Below are positions 47,987-57,618 of a stretch of 64,000 nucleotides of DNA, piece by piece. Source of the DNA: Acidimicrobiia bacterium (lineage in GTDB: Bacteria > Actinomycetota > Acidimicrobiia > Spongiisociales > ZC4RG35). The position numbers were made by a program, and so were the translations under genes. The notes below the pieces were generated by a model. It was not told the DNA's origin and did no database searches. It worked only from the letters and a program-made list of their open reading frames with translations. The stretch lies in the NCBI GenBank assembly GCA_009837815.1, contig VXSV01000140.1:5528-69527 (forward strand), in the 5' to 3' direction. The first letter of the stretch is position 1; each line of letters starts with the position of its first letter.

Positions 47987-49741
47987 ATGCGTTCTTTCAT
48001 CTCTCGTTCTCACCATAGGATCGCCGGTGCGTTGGCGGCGGCGCTGGCGCTGGCGGTCGGTGAGTTGATGGCCGGGATCTTTCCCGCTTCCGTCTCCCTC
48101 ACCGAAGCTGTAGGCGGTCTGGCCATCGACTATGTTCCCCCGCCAATCAAGGACTTCGCCATAGCCGTGTTCGGGATCTACGACAAGCTGGCCCTGATAA
48201 TCGGAATGGTGGTCGTAACGGTGCTGCTGGGGGCTCTGGTAGGCAAGAGGGCGGCTCGTCGCTGGTCGGTGGCCGTTTGGGTGTTCGGCCTGTTCGGCCT
48301 GGTGGGTGCTTTCTCCCTGCAACGGGAGCCTGACATGGGATGGCTTTCATCGCTCATCTACGCGGCCGTGGCGGCGGCGGTGGCGCTCCTGGCGCTCCGA
48401 GTCCTCTTCCGATGGCTCCCGGCGGCGGGAGCCGAGACCGGCGACATTTCCCCCGTCGATATGGGCGTAGAAGGAGACGAGCATGCCGCCGACGAAATGG
48501 ACCCGAGCGAAGCGGCGCCGGAGTCGGAGCCCGAGATCTCACGGCGAAAGTTCCTGGTGGGAGCGGGCGCAGTATTCGGCGTGGCGATAGCAGCGGCCGC
48601 CGGCGGTCGCATGCTTCTGGAGCGCACCAAGCAGGCTCTGGCCGGCCGGGAAGACGTGGTGCTTCCCCAGGCCACCGAGACGACGACCACCACGGGCCCG
48701 CCCACCACCGCCGCCGCCGGCCCTTCGACCACCGAGGCGGCCGCCGCCGGGGTTGAGAGCACTACTACGACCACCACGACAACCGAGGCCACCACAACCA
48801 CCAGACCGGCAGTTGAAGGAGCGGGACCCCTTCCTGCCGGACACTCCCTGGATGTGGATGGGATAAGCCCCATTATCACCCCCAACGACGAGTTCTACCT
48901 GATCGACACCGCCCTCAGCAAGCCTCAGGTGAACCTGGAGGAGTGGACTCTGAAGGTCACCGGTTTGGTGGAGAATCCCTACGAGATCAACTTCGACGAG
49001 TTGTTGACCCGACCTTTGGTGGAGCGGTACGTAACGCTGTCCTGCGTTTCCAACCAGGTGGGAGGGGACTTGGTCGGTCACGCCAAGTGGCTGGGGGTGC
49101 CGCTCAGTCTCATCCTGGACGAGGCCGGGCTCCTTCCCCAGGCGGAGCAGATCGTGGGGCGCTCGGTGGACGGCTTTACGGTCGGTTTCCCCTCGAGCAT
49201 CCCTTATGACGGCCGGGACGCCCTGGTGGCGGTGGGGATGAACGACGAGCCCCTTCCCATCGAGCACGGGTTTCCGGTCCGGTTGGTGGTGGCCGGGCTG
49301 TACGGTTACGTGTCCGCCACCAAGTGGCTTTCCGAGTTGGAGTTGACCACTTGGGACGGGTTTGACGCCTACTGGATACCGAGAGGGTGGGCCAAAGAGG
49401 CTCCTGTCAAGACGCAGTCGCGGATCGACACTCCCATGGAGGGACGCATCGCGGCCCGTGCAAGGGCCATCGCCGGTGTAGCCTGGGCCCCTCACCGGGG
49501 GATCGACCGGGTCGAGGTGCGGATCGACGAGGGAGAGTGGATCGAGGCCGAGTTGTCCAGCGAGATCTCGGACAACTCGTGGCGGCAGTGGAAGGTTGAC
49601 TGGGATCCCGCACCGGGCCGATACAGGCTCCAGGTGAGGGCCACCGACGGCGACGGGATCACCCAGACGGACTTGCGGGTTCCTCCCGCCCCCGACGGAG
49701 CGACCGGCTGGCACACCATACACGTGACCGTGGTCGCCTGA
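47987..49741 (+). CDS. Sulfite-oxidase-family molybdopterin oxidoreductase with an N-terminal membrane domain and Tat signal.
   Basis: The N-terminus has ~4 TM helices. The twin-arginine motif SRRKFLVGAGA is present. A Thr/Pro linker follows, then a Mo-co binding domain (C in TLSCVSN) and a dimerisation domain. Confidence 0.7.
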   Translation: MRSFISRSHHRIAGALAAALALAVGELMAGIFPASVSLTEAVGGLAIDYVPPPIKDFAIAVFGIYDKLALIIGMVVVTVLLGALVGKRAARRWSVAVWVFGLFGLVGAFSLQREPDMGWLSSLIYAAVAAAVALLALRVLFRWLPAAGAETGDISPVDMGVEGDEHAADEMDPSEAAPESEPEISRRKFLVGAGAVFGVAIAAAAGGRMLLERTKQALAGREDVVLPQATETTTTTGPPTTAAAGPSTTEAAAAGVESTTTTTTTTEATTTTRPAVEGAGPLPAGHSLDVDGISPIITPNDEFYLIDTALSKPQVNLEEWTLKVTGLVENPYEINFDELLTRPLVERYVTLSCVSNQVGGDLVGHAKWLGVPLSLILDEAGLLPQAEQIVGRSVDGFTVGFPSSIPYDGRDALVAVGMNDEPLPIEHGFPVRLVVAGLYGYVSATKWLSELELTTWDGFDAYWIPRGWAKEAPVKTQSRIDTPMEGRIAARARAIAGVAWAPHRGIDRVEVRIDEGEWIEAELSSEISDNSWRQWKVDWDPAPGRYRLQVRATDGDGITQTDLRVPPAPDGATGWHTIHVTVVA

Positions 49742-49780
49742 GGGCGGTTCGGTCCGGTCTGAACCCGGGAAACCGCCCGA

Positions 49781-50404
49781 ATGGATCCCGGCTTGGTGAC
49801 GGTGGGGCCCGATGGGGCTCGACGCTGCTGGTGGGGCTCTGAGCCTGCGGAGTACCGCCGGTATCACGATCAGGAGTGGGGCTTTGGAGTCACCGGTGAG
49901 GAGCGGCTGTTCGAAAAGATCTGTCTGGAAGGGTTCCAAGCGGGACTGTCGTGGCTGACGGTGCTCCGGAAACGGCAGAACTTCAGGGAGGCTTTCTCGG
50001 GTTTCGATCCCGCGTTGGTGGTTGAATACGGGGAGAGGGACATCGAGCGTCTGATGGTGAACGCGGGGATAATCCGCCACCGAGGAAAGATCCGCTCGGT
50101 CATCAACAATGCAGCCCGGGCACAGGAGATGAGGGCTTCCCACGGATCGCTTTCAGTCTTCTTCTGGGAGTGGGCGGAGTTCGAGTCGGCGCCCCTTCGT
50201 GCTCCACCCCCTGCTCTGACCAGGGCGTCCACAGCCTTGGCCAAGGAACTTCGCCGTCGCGGATGGACGTTTATCGGTCCCACCACCTGCTATGCATTCA
50301 TGCAGGCCATGGGGCTGGTCAACGATCACATGGACTCCTGCTGGGTGCGGGAGGAGGCGGAGGCGTCCCGCCGACGGGCCGCTGCCAAGGTTTTGAACCG
50401 GTAA
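49781..50404 (+). CDS. tag: DNA-3-methyladenine glycosylase I.
   Basis: Tag-family motifs are present (YHDQEWG, a zinc snap with C...H...C). Confidence 0.85.
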   Translation: MDPGLVTVGPDGARRCWWGSEPAEYRRYHDQEWGFGVTGEERLFEKICLEGFQAGLSWLTVLRKRQNFREAFSGFDPALVVEYGERDIERLMVNAGIIRHRGKIRSVINNAARAQEMRASHGSLSVFFWEWAEFESAPLRAPPPALTRASTALAKELRRRGWTFIGPTTCYAFMQAMGLVNDHMDSCWVREEAEASRRRAAAKVLNR

Positions 50405-50462
50405 GGGCCCCGCGGAGAGCGTATGCCCGGCATGGGCGTCCTCCCCTGTGGCGGGCTTGAAC

Positions 50463-51395
50463 TCAGAGGCCGGCTATGTGTGAGCGGATGAAGGCGGCGG
50501 TCATGAGATCGAGGTGGCCCCCACCTCCGTTCTCGTACATGGTTATCTGGGTTCGGTCTTCCCGTCCGGGGCGCCGGCCGCGGCATAGCTCGAACAGGTC
50601 GGCCCGGATGTTTTCTTCGGTGATCAGCCCCGAACCCAACGGGATCACCAGGTCACCGCATTCGTGAACGGCCGCATCGCGGGAGTCCACGAAGATGGTC
50701 GCCCTGCGTATGACCTCGTCGTCCACCTCCCGGCAGTGTGGCAGGAAGGCTCCCACCAGGTCCAGGTGTGTTCCGGGCCGGAGCAGTTCCCCCCTGATGA
50801 GGGGTTCGATGGTCATGGTGGCGGTGGAGATGATGTCTGCCGCGGACACCGCCTCGTCCAGGTTGTCCGCCACCTCCCCTCCGACCGCTTCCGCCAGTTC
50901 CTCCGCCTTGGAGCGTGTTCGATTCCATATCAACACCCGCCGCAGAGATGGTCGCACCTCCCGATGAGCAGCGATCAGATGGGGCGCCAGGCCACCGGCG
51001 CCCACCATCAACATAGTTCGGCTGTCCGGTCGGGACAGGAGCCGGGAACCGAGGGCTGAGTCCGACGAAGTCTTCCGGTAGGTGAGTTCGGTGCCGTCCA
51101 TAATTGCCAGGGGTTTGCCGTCTGCTCCGTCAAACAGGACGTACACCGCCTGGACCGAAGGGATGCCGGAGACAGGGTTGTCGGGGAAGACCGTCACCAG
51201 CTTGACCCCCAGGGAGTCTCCCGGCTGCCAGGCGGGCAATCCCATGAAGACCTCCTTGGATCCCGGCGGCGAGTAAACCACCCTCCGGACATGGGCCGGT
51301 GGGTCGAGATGGCTCCGGTACAGGTGGTCGACCAGCTTCCCGTAGGGCGCCAGCCCTGCCACGGCGGTGCTGTCAAGGAAGGGAATGGATCTCAT
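50463..51395 (-). CDS. Ornithine cyclodeaminase/mu-crystallin-family protein.
   Basis: It is a 310-aa OCD/mu-crystallin-family protein with a Rossmann fold (MVGAGGLA). Confidence 0.75.
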   Translation of the reverse strand: MRSIPFLDSTAVAGLAPYGKLVDHLYRSHLDPPAHVRRVVYSPPGSKEVFMGLPAWQPGDSLGVKLVTVFPDNPVSGIPSVQAVYVLFDGADGKPLAIMDGTELTYRKTSSDSALGSRLLSRPDSRTMLMVGAGGLAPHLIAAHREVRPSLRRVLIWNRTRSKAEELAEAVGGEVADNLDEAVSAADIISTATMTIEPLIRGELLRPGTHLDLVGAFLPHCREVDDEVIRRATIFVDSRDAAVHECGDLVIPLGSGLITEENIRADLFELCRGRRPGREDRTQITMYENGGGGHLDLMTAAFIRSHIAGL

Positions 51396-51594
51396 GCGGC
51401 CTGAGGAACCTTGGGATTCGGCACGCCCGAGAGTCTAAGCGTGGGGTCTGGGAGGCCCCAGGGCGACCCTCCCACCGGCGGTGGGGGTGGATGTCTGAGG
51501 TATGGGCCTTCAACATCCGGCAACCGCATTTTGTGCAGGGGAGGAAGAAGTCAGATATCCTCGGTGGGCAATTGTTGATCCGAGAGGGAGACGT

Positions 51595-52752
51595 ATGGTT
51601 CTGCCGAGGCCATCTTTCACAGTGGGAATCGAAGAGGAGTACATGCTGATCGATCCCCAGACCCGAGACCTGATCTCTGATCCCGATCCCGCCATGTTCG
51701 CCAAATGCCAGGAGTTGTTGGGTGACCGGGTGACCCACGAACTGTTGCGATCCCAGATCGAGGTGAATACCAGACCCTACTCCTCGATCACGGCCCTGGG
51801 CGAAGACCTGCGGCGCCTTCGCGGCGCCGTGGTGAGCACCGCCAGGGAATTCGGGATGGAGGTCATCGCCTCCTCCACGCACCCCTTCGCCCAGTGGTGG
51901 GAACAACAGGTGGTTGCCGACGAACGATATCTGATGCTGGCCGGTGACATGCAGACCCTCGCCCATCGGCTGGTCACCGGAGGGATGCACGTCCATGTTG
52001 GGATCGAGGATCCGGATATGAGGATCGACCTTATGGGACAGGTCACCTACTTCCTTGCCCACCTGCTGGCGTTGAGCACTTCTTCTCCCTTCTGGGGAGG
52101 ACAGGACACCGGGTTGAAGAGTTATCGCCTCAACGTGTTCCGCAGCCTGCCCCGCACGGGCCTCCCCGAGGTGTTCGACAGTTGGAGCGCCTACCAGAGG
52201 CATGTCGATGTCCTGGTCGGGGCGGGAATCATCGAGGATGCCAGCAAGGTGTGGTGGGACATCCGACCGAGTTCTCGCTATCCGACCCTCGAGATGCGCA
52301 TCACCGATGTCTGCACCAAGATCGAGGATGCCTTGACGGTGGCCACGACGTATGTGTGCCTGCTCAGCATGCTCTTTCGACTCAGGACGAACAACCAGAA
52401 GTGGCGCTCCTACGCGACCTTTCTCTTGGACGAGAATGTCTGGCGCGCTCAGCGGTACGGCTCCACCGATTCTCTGATGGACTTCGGACAGCGCCGCCTG
52501 GTGCCCTTCTCCGAGTTGGCGGAGGAGATGGTGGACATCCTCACCCCCGAGGCGGAGGAGCTGGGATGTCTGCCACAACTGAACCGCGTGCGTCAGATAG
52601 TCATGGACGGGACATCCGCCGAACATCAACTGTGGGCGTTCCGCCGGGCCCTCAACAGCGGGGCCACCCAGCGGGAAGCCCTGGTTGAAGTGGTGGATAT
52701 GCTGGTAAGCAACACGGCGGCGAACCTGGACTCCGGCGCCGGTGACCGGTAG
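51595..52752 (+). CDS. Carboxylate-amine ligase, YbdK/GCS2 family (putative gamma-glutamyl-cysteine ligase).
   Basis: The N-terminus has FTVGIEEEYML, and GCS2-family motifs are present. The ATG at 51595 has a GAGGGAG ribosome-binding site. Confidence 0.75.
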   Translation: MVLPRPSFTVGIEEEYMLIDPQTRDLISDPDPAMFAKCQELLGDRVTHELLRSQIEVNTRPYSSITALGEDLRRLRGAVVSTAREFGMEVIASSTHPFAQWWEQQVVADERYLMLAGDMQTLAHRLVTGGMHVHVGIEDPDMRIDLMGQVTYFLAHLLALSTSSPFWGGQDTGLKSYRLNVFRSLPRTGLPEVFDSWSAYQRHVDVLVGAGIIEDASKVWWDIRPSSRYPTLEMRITDVCTKIEDALTVATTYVCLLSMLFRLRTNNQKWRSYATFLLDENVWRAQRYGSTDSLMDFGQRRLVPFSELAEEMVDILTPEAEELGCLPQLNRVRQIVMDGTSAEHQLWAFRRALNSGATQREALVEVVDMLVSNTAANLDSGAGDR

Positions 52753-52783
52753 AGTTTGCCATTCGACGACCGGAGAGGAAGAA

Positions 52784-53563
52784 ATGAGCAAATACCCCAT
52801 AAGGATCGGCGTCCACCTCCAACCCCAGCATGCCGATTACTCGACCATCCGCGCCGCCGCCTCGCGGGCCGAGGAGATCGGCGCTGACGCGGTGTTCAAC
52901 TGGGATCACTTCTACCCGCTGTTCGGCGATCTGGGAGGAAAGCATTTCGAGTGCTTGACGATGCTGGCGGGATGGGCGGAATCCACCAGTCGGGCGGAGA
53001 TCGGCGCCCTCGTGCTCTGCAACTCCTACCGCAACCCGGACCTGCTGGCCGACATGTCCCGCACCATAGACCACATTTCCGGCGGGCGTTTCATTCTGGG
53101 GATCGGGTCCGGCTGGTTCCGGTGGGATTATGACTCCTATGGATACGAGTTCGGAACGGCGGGCAGCCGCCTGGATGACCTCGCCGAGGCTCTTCCCCGC
53201 ATAGAGAACCGCTTTACCAAACTCAACCCGCCGCCGCTGCGCAAGATCCCCATACTCATCGGCGGAGGGGGAGAGAAGAAGACCCTTCGACTGGTGGCCC
53301 GCCATGCTGACATCTGGCACGGGTTCGGTGAAGTGGCGACCATCGCCCATAAGAACTCGGTGATCGATCGGTGGTGTGAAGTGGAAGGGCGGGACCCCTC
53401 CACCATCGAGCGGTCGTGTTCGGTCCGAGACTTCGACGTCTCCATGGGAGATGACTTTGCCGACGTCGGAGCGACCTTCTTCGTGGTTAGCGCCGGCGGT
53501 CCCGACTACGACCTGTCCACCCTGGAGAAGTGGGTGGACTATCGCGACTCGAGGAACCGATAG
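52784..53563 (+). CDS. Luciferase-like monooxygenase-family oxidoreductase (F420-dependent type).
   Basis: The 259-aa LLM TIM-barrel protein starts with MSKYPIRIGVHLQPQ. Confidence 0.7.
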   Translation: MSKYPIRIGVHLQPQHADYSTIRAAASRAEEIGADAVFNWDHFYPLFGDLGGKHFECLTMLAGWAESTSRAEIGALVLCNSYRNPDLLADMSRTIDHISGGRFILGIGSGWFRWDYDSYGYEFGTAGSRLDDLAEALPRIENRFTKLNPPPLRKIPILIGGGGEKKTLRLVARHADIWHGFGEVATIAHKNSVIDRWCEVEGRDPSTIERSCSVRDFDVSMGDDFADVGATFFVVSAGGPDYDLSTLEKWVDYRDSRNR

Positions 53564-53657
53564 CGCCCTGCCGACTCACTTCTGCTCCCACATAGAACCC
53601 AAAAGAGAAGGGGCCCCATCCGGGGCCCCTTCTCATTGTTGTGTCGTCGTTTCCCGG

Positions 53658-55931
53658 CTACGGCAGTCCGATGCTGGGATCGATGAACTCGTTGGTGACG
53701 ATGTCGGTGGCGGTCACGTCCGGATCCCAGGTCTCCAGACCCTGCGGTCCGTAGATGTCGGCCAAGAGCGCGATCACCTCGTTCACCCGAGCGATGTCGA
53801 AGTCGCCGATGGTGTCGTTGGGTCCGTTGGAGATCAAGCCCAACTCCAGCTGGGCGTCGTGTGAGTACTGGGCGACTCCCGGGCTGTACTGCCAGAAGCT
53901 GTCCAGCGCCGCCACGATCTCCACGATCTGGGCGTTGGTGGCGGACGGATCGGCGGCATAGTCCACCTGGGCCTGCTGCACCATGGGCACGAACAGTTCC
54001 CAACATCCGCGGTATTCCTCGATGATGTCGGGCTTACCGGCGATGAGCTGCGGATACATCTCCAAGCCGGAGTCGTGGATCAGCATGAAGTCGACCGGTT
54101 TGCCCCAGTCCTCGAACTCGTTCTGATACTGGTACGGCTCGGCCGAGGCGAAGCCCTGCTGAACGAGGTTGCCCTCGGCGATGAACCGGGCGGGCGACCC
54201 GTCGTAGGAGGCGTCGATCTGGTCCTCTGACACCCAGCCCTTGCCCAACAGGTAGTCGATGTAGGTGGCGCCCTCGAAATAGAGCAGGGTTCCGTCGTTC
54301 GCCCTGAGCTGATCGCCCAAGTCCTCGAAACTCTCCAGGCTGTATAACTCTGGATCCCACATCACGATTTGCGGGTTCTTGTCGCGGGGTGCGACGATTC
54401 CCACGGTCGGCTGGGAGGCTGACAGGCGGACCTGCTCGTCGGTGTTGGTGTACGCCAGGTGGATCGACGAGTCCTGGTAGAGGAGCGAGATGTCGTTCTG
54501 GAAGCCGATGTAGGGGCCGCCGGCCCGGACTTGCAGCATCACGCCGGTGTCGCCGATCTCGTTGGTATAGGTCCCGTTGGTGGTGTCGATGTCACCGCCG
54601 GGGCCTGCCAAGTGGTAGAGCTCGGAATGTTCGGCCTCGGGGAACCAATCGGTCTGGACCACGATCATGGCCGGGCAAACCTCGGCCAGGGTGGCCATGG
54701 CCATGGCCTCGGTGTCCATAGAGGGCAGTCCGATGCTGGGATCGATGAACTCGTTGGTGACGATGTCGGTGGCGGTCACGTCCGGATCCCAGGTCTCCAG
54801 ACCCTGCGGTCCGTAGATGTCGGCCAAGAGCGCGATCACCTCGTTCACCCGAGCGATGTCGAAGTCGCCGATGGTGTCGTTGGGTCCGTTGGAGATCAAG
54901 CCCAACTCCAGCTGGGCGTCGTGTGAGTACTGGGCGACTCCCGGGCTGTACTGCCAGAAGCTGTCCAGCGCCGCCACGATCTCCACGATCTGGGCGTTGG
55001 TGGCGGACGGATCGGCGGCATAGTCCACCTGGGCCTGCTGCACCATGGGCACGAACAGTTCCCAACATCCGCGGTATTCCTCGATGATGTCGGGCTTACC
55101 GGCGATGAGCTGCGGATACATCTCCAAGCCGGAGTCGTGGATCAGCATGAAGTCGACCGGTTTGCCCCAGTCCTCGAACTCGTTCTGATACTGGTACGGC
55201 TCGGCCGAGGCGAAGCCCTGCTGAACGAGGTTGCCCTCGGCGATGAACCGGGCGGGCGACCCGTCGTAGGAGGCGTCGATCTGGTCCTCTGACACCCAGC
55301 CCTTGCCCAACAGGTAGTCGATGTAGGTGGCGCCCTCGAAATAGAGCAGGGTTCCGTCGTTCGCCCTGAGCTGATCGCCCAAGTCCTCGAAACTCTCCAG
55401 GCTGTATAACTCTGGATCCCACATCACGATTTGCGGGTTCTTGTCGCGGGGTGCGACGATTCCCACGGTCGGCTGGGAGGCTGACAGGCGGACCTGCTCG
55501 TCGGTGTTGGTGTACGCCAGGTGGATCGACGAGTCCTGGTAGAGGAGCGAGATGTCGTTCTGGAAGCCGATGTAGGGGCCGCCGGCCCGGACTTGCAGCA
55601 TCACGCCGGTGTCGCCGATCTCGTTGGTATAGGTCCCGTTGGTGGAGTCGATGTCACCGCCGGGGCCTGCCAGGTGGTAGAGCTCGGAGTGCTCGGCCTC
55701 GGGGAACCAGTCGGTCTGGACCACGATCATGGCCGGGCACACATCGGCCAGAGCCACGTCCGGCATGGCTGCGGTGGTGGTGGGCGCGGCAGTGGTGGTG
55801 GGCGCGGCAGTGGTGGTGGGCGCGGCGGCGGTGGTCTCGGCAACGTCATCGTCACCGTCCCCGCAGGCCGCTACGACCAAGGCCAGCACAGCCAAAGCGG
55901 CCAGCCACCTTGGTGCCTTGTGAGTTCTCAT
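53658..55931 (-). CDS. ABC transporter substrate-binding lipoprotein (NMT1/THI5-like, NitT/TauT family) containing two tandem, near-identical ~350-aa SBP modules.
   Basis: It has a lipoprotein signal (LVVAACGDG) and a TTAAP linker. The module DVCPAMIVVQTDWFPEAEH...EFIDPSIGLP occurs twice in one frame. ABC permease and ATPase genes lie upstream on the same strand. Confidence 0.65.
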   Translation of the reverse strand: MRTHKAPRWLAALAVLALVVAACGDGDDDVAETTAAAPTTTAAPTTTAAPTTTAAMPDVALADVCPAMIVVQTDWFPEAEHSELYHLAGPGGDIDSTNGTYTNEIGDTGVMLQVRAGGPYIGFQNDISLLYQDSSIHLAYTNTDEQVRLSASQPTVGIVAPRDKNPQIVMWDPELYSLESFEDLGDQLRANDGTLLYFEGATYIDYLLGKGWVSEDQIDASYDGSPARFIAEGNLVQQGFASAEPYQYQNEFEDWGKPVDFMLIHDSGLEMYPQLIAGKPDIIEEYRGCWELFVPMVQQAQVDYAADPSATNAQIVEIVAALDSFWQYSPGVAQYSHDAQLELGLISNGPNDTIGDFDIARVNEVIALLADIYGPQGLETWDPDVTATDIVTNEFIDPSIGLPSMDTEAMAMATLAEVCPAMIVVQTDWFPEAEHSELYHLAGPGGDIDTTNGTYTNEIGDTGVMLQVRAGGPYIGFQNDISLLYQDSSIHLAYTNTDEQVRLSASQPTVGIVAPRDKNPQIVMWDPELYSLESFEDLGDQLRANDGTLLYFEGATYIDYLLGKGWVSEDQIDASYDGSPARFIAEGNLVQQGFASAEPYQYQNEFEDWGKPVDFMLIHDSGLEMYPQLIAGKPDIIEEYRGCWELFVPMVQQAQVDYAADPSATNAQIVEIVAALDSFWQYSPGVAQYSHDAQLELGLISNGPNDTIGDFDIARVNEVIALLADIYGPQGLETWDPDVTATDIVTNEFIDPSIGLP
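53662..55747. repeat. Direct tandem duplication, period 1062 bp, two copies >99% identical.
   Basis: Identical six-frame ORF pairs are offset by exactly 1062 bp (53755/54817, 54034/55096, 54389/55451). Only a handful of substitutions separate the copies. Confidence 0.85.
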
Positions 55932-56007
55932 GGATGGTTCTCCTTTCGTTCCAACTCGTTGTTTCCCGAGTTCCTCAGCGTACCGGTGGAAAACGCGGTG
56001 GCGTAAG

Positions 56008-56811
56008 TCAGGTGGTTTCGTGCCATTTTCCCACAACCAGTCTGCCAATGAACCCGAAACCCCAAAAAACTAGGATGCCCAAAAGGGAGGAGAAAACCAA
56101 CGCGGTGAACAACTGCTCGGTCAGCAACCGGGCTCGGTAGAGATCGAGCAGCCTTCCCAGCCCGGGGATCCCCTTCCGGAAGAAGAACTCGCCCACAATG
56201 GCGCCGATTACCGACAGGCCGGCTGAGATCCGGAATCCGGTGAAGATGGCGGGGAGGGCATTGGGGAACTGAAGCTTCAGCAAGCGGGTGGGTCGGCCGG
56301 CGCTGTGCAGCGTGAAGAGGTCATGGAAGGAGGCGGGAACCGACTGTAAGCCGAACAGGGTGTTGGTGATGATGGGGAAAATGGAGATGATTACGCACAC
56401 CACCACCCGGCTGGTGAACCCGAAGCCAAGCCACAGTCCCACCAGTGGAACGATGGCCAGGATGGGAACTGTCTGAATGATTACCGCGTACGGGTAGAAG
56501 GAAGTCTCGATCCACTTGGCCTGACTCATCATGATGGCCGAACTCATCCCGAGGACAATGGCGATCACCAGGCCGGTCATGGAGACGGCCACCGTCCAGA
56601 GCAGCCCCTCCAGCACCTGGAACAGGTTGTCCTGGTTGAGGAACCCGACGCGGATCACTTCGTTGGGGGTGGGCAGCAGGAACTGGCGGTCGGGATCGAG
56701 ACTAAGGCTGATGGCGTACCAGACGCCCAACACCGCCAGGAACACCACGATGGGAGCCCACAGCCGGTAAGTGGATGAGCGGAGACGGGAGGAGGTGTGT
56801 CGGGCGCTCAT
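56008..56811 (-). CDS. ABC transporter permease (NitT/TauT/SsuC type).
   Basis: It is a 267-aa protein with six TM helices and a BPD_transp_1 signature. Confidence 0.75.
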   Translation of the reverse strand: MSARHTSSRLRSSTYRLWAPIVVFLAVLGVWYAISLSLDPDRQFLLPTPNEVIRVGFLNQDNLFQVLEGLLWTVAVSMTGLVIAIVLGMSSAIMMSQAKWIETSFYPYAVIIQTVPILAIVPLVGLWLGFGFTSRVVVCVIISIFPIITNTLFGLQSVPASFHDLFTLHSAGRPTRLLKLQFPNALPAIFTGFRISAGLSVIGAIVGEFFFRKGIPGLGRLLDLYRARLLTEQLFTALVFSSLLGILVFWGFGFIGRLVVGKWHETT

Positions 56812-57606
56812 CTATTCATCCCTCAAGACTTCGGAGACTTCACCGGTCAACTCCGCAAACGCCGGGTCGAATCGTAGGTCCAGGTCGCGAGGGTATGGGA
56901 AAGGGACCTGGAAGGACTTGAGTATGCGCCCGGGCCGGGAGGACATCACCAGAACATCGGTTGAAAGGAACACCGCCTCGTACAGATTGTGAGTGATGAA
57001 CACCGCCCCAAAGCCGGCGTGGGCGAAGATCCGAAGCAACTCCAGGTTCAGGTATTCCCGGGTGATTTCATCCAGGGCTCCGAACGGCTCGTCGAAGAAG
57101 AACAGGGGAGGGTCCAGGGTGAGGGACCTCGCCAGAGAAACCCGCATCCTCATCCCTCCTGACAGGGCGGCGGGATAGTGGCGGTTGAACCCGCTCAAGC
57201 CAACCAGGTCGATCGCGTCTTTGGCTCTCTGGCGGCGCTCGCCTCGCTCGAGACCCCGCAGTTCGCAGAAGAGTTCCACGTTCTTTTGCACGGTCCGCCA
57301 AGGCAGAAGGGTTGCATCCTGGAAGACGTATCCCAAGTTTCCCTCGGACCGGCGTACTTCCCCTTCGCTGACCGGCAGGAGGCCCGATCCCATTCTGAGC
57401 AGTGTGGACTTCCCGCAGCCAGAGGGGCCGACCACCGTCATGAATTGGCCCGGTTCCACATTGAGGGAGACATTGTCTACCGCATGGGTGCCGTCGGGGA
57501 AAGTCTTGCTGACGTTGTCGAAGGAGATCAGGGTGGAGGAAGAACCGCGGCCCCGGGTGTCTCCACTGTTCGAGGGCTGGATGTTTGAGATTTGTCGGTC
57601 CCCCAT
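56812..57606 (-). CDS. ABC transporter ATP-binding protein (NitT/TauT/SsuB type).
   Basis: It has a Walker A (GPSGCGKST), the signature LSGGMRMRV and a Walker B (FFFDEPF). Confidence 0.8.
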   Translation of the reverse strand: MGDRQISNIQPSNSGDTRGRGSSSTLISFDNVSKTFPDGTHAVDNVSLNVEPGQFMTVVGPSGCGKSTLLRMGSGLLPVSEGEVRRSEGNLGYVFQDATLLPWRTVQKNVELFCELRGLERGERRQRAKDAIDLVGLSGFNRHYPAALSGGMRMRVSLARSLTLDPPLFFFDEPFGALDEITREYLNLELLRIFAHAGFGAVFITHNLYEAVFLSTDVLVMSSRPGRILKSFQVPFPYPRDLDLRFDPAFAELTGEVSEVLRDE

Positions 57607-57618
57607 CCGTGTCTTGGA

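Noticed and set aside
53658-56048. Two separate adjacent SBP genes rather than one fused ORF.
   Set aside because: The reading frame is continuous through the copy junction (linker SMDTEAMAMATLAE) with no stop. There is no internal signal peptide or ribosome-binding site. It is annotated as one CDS with a tandem duplication, and assembly artefact is flagged as the alternative.
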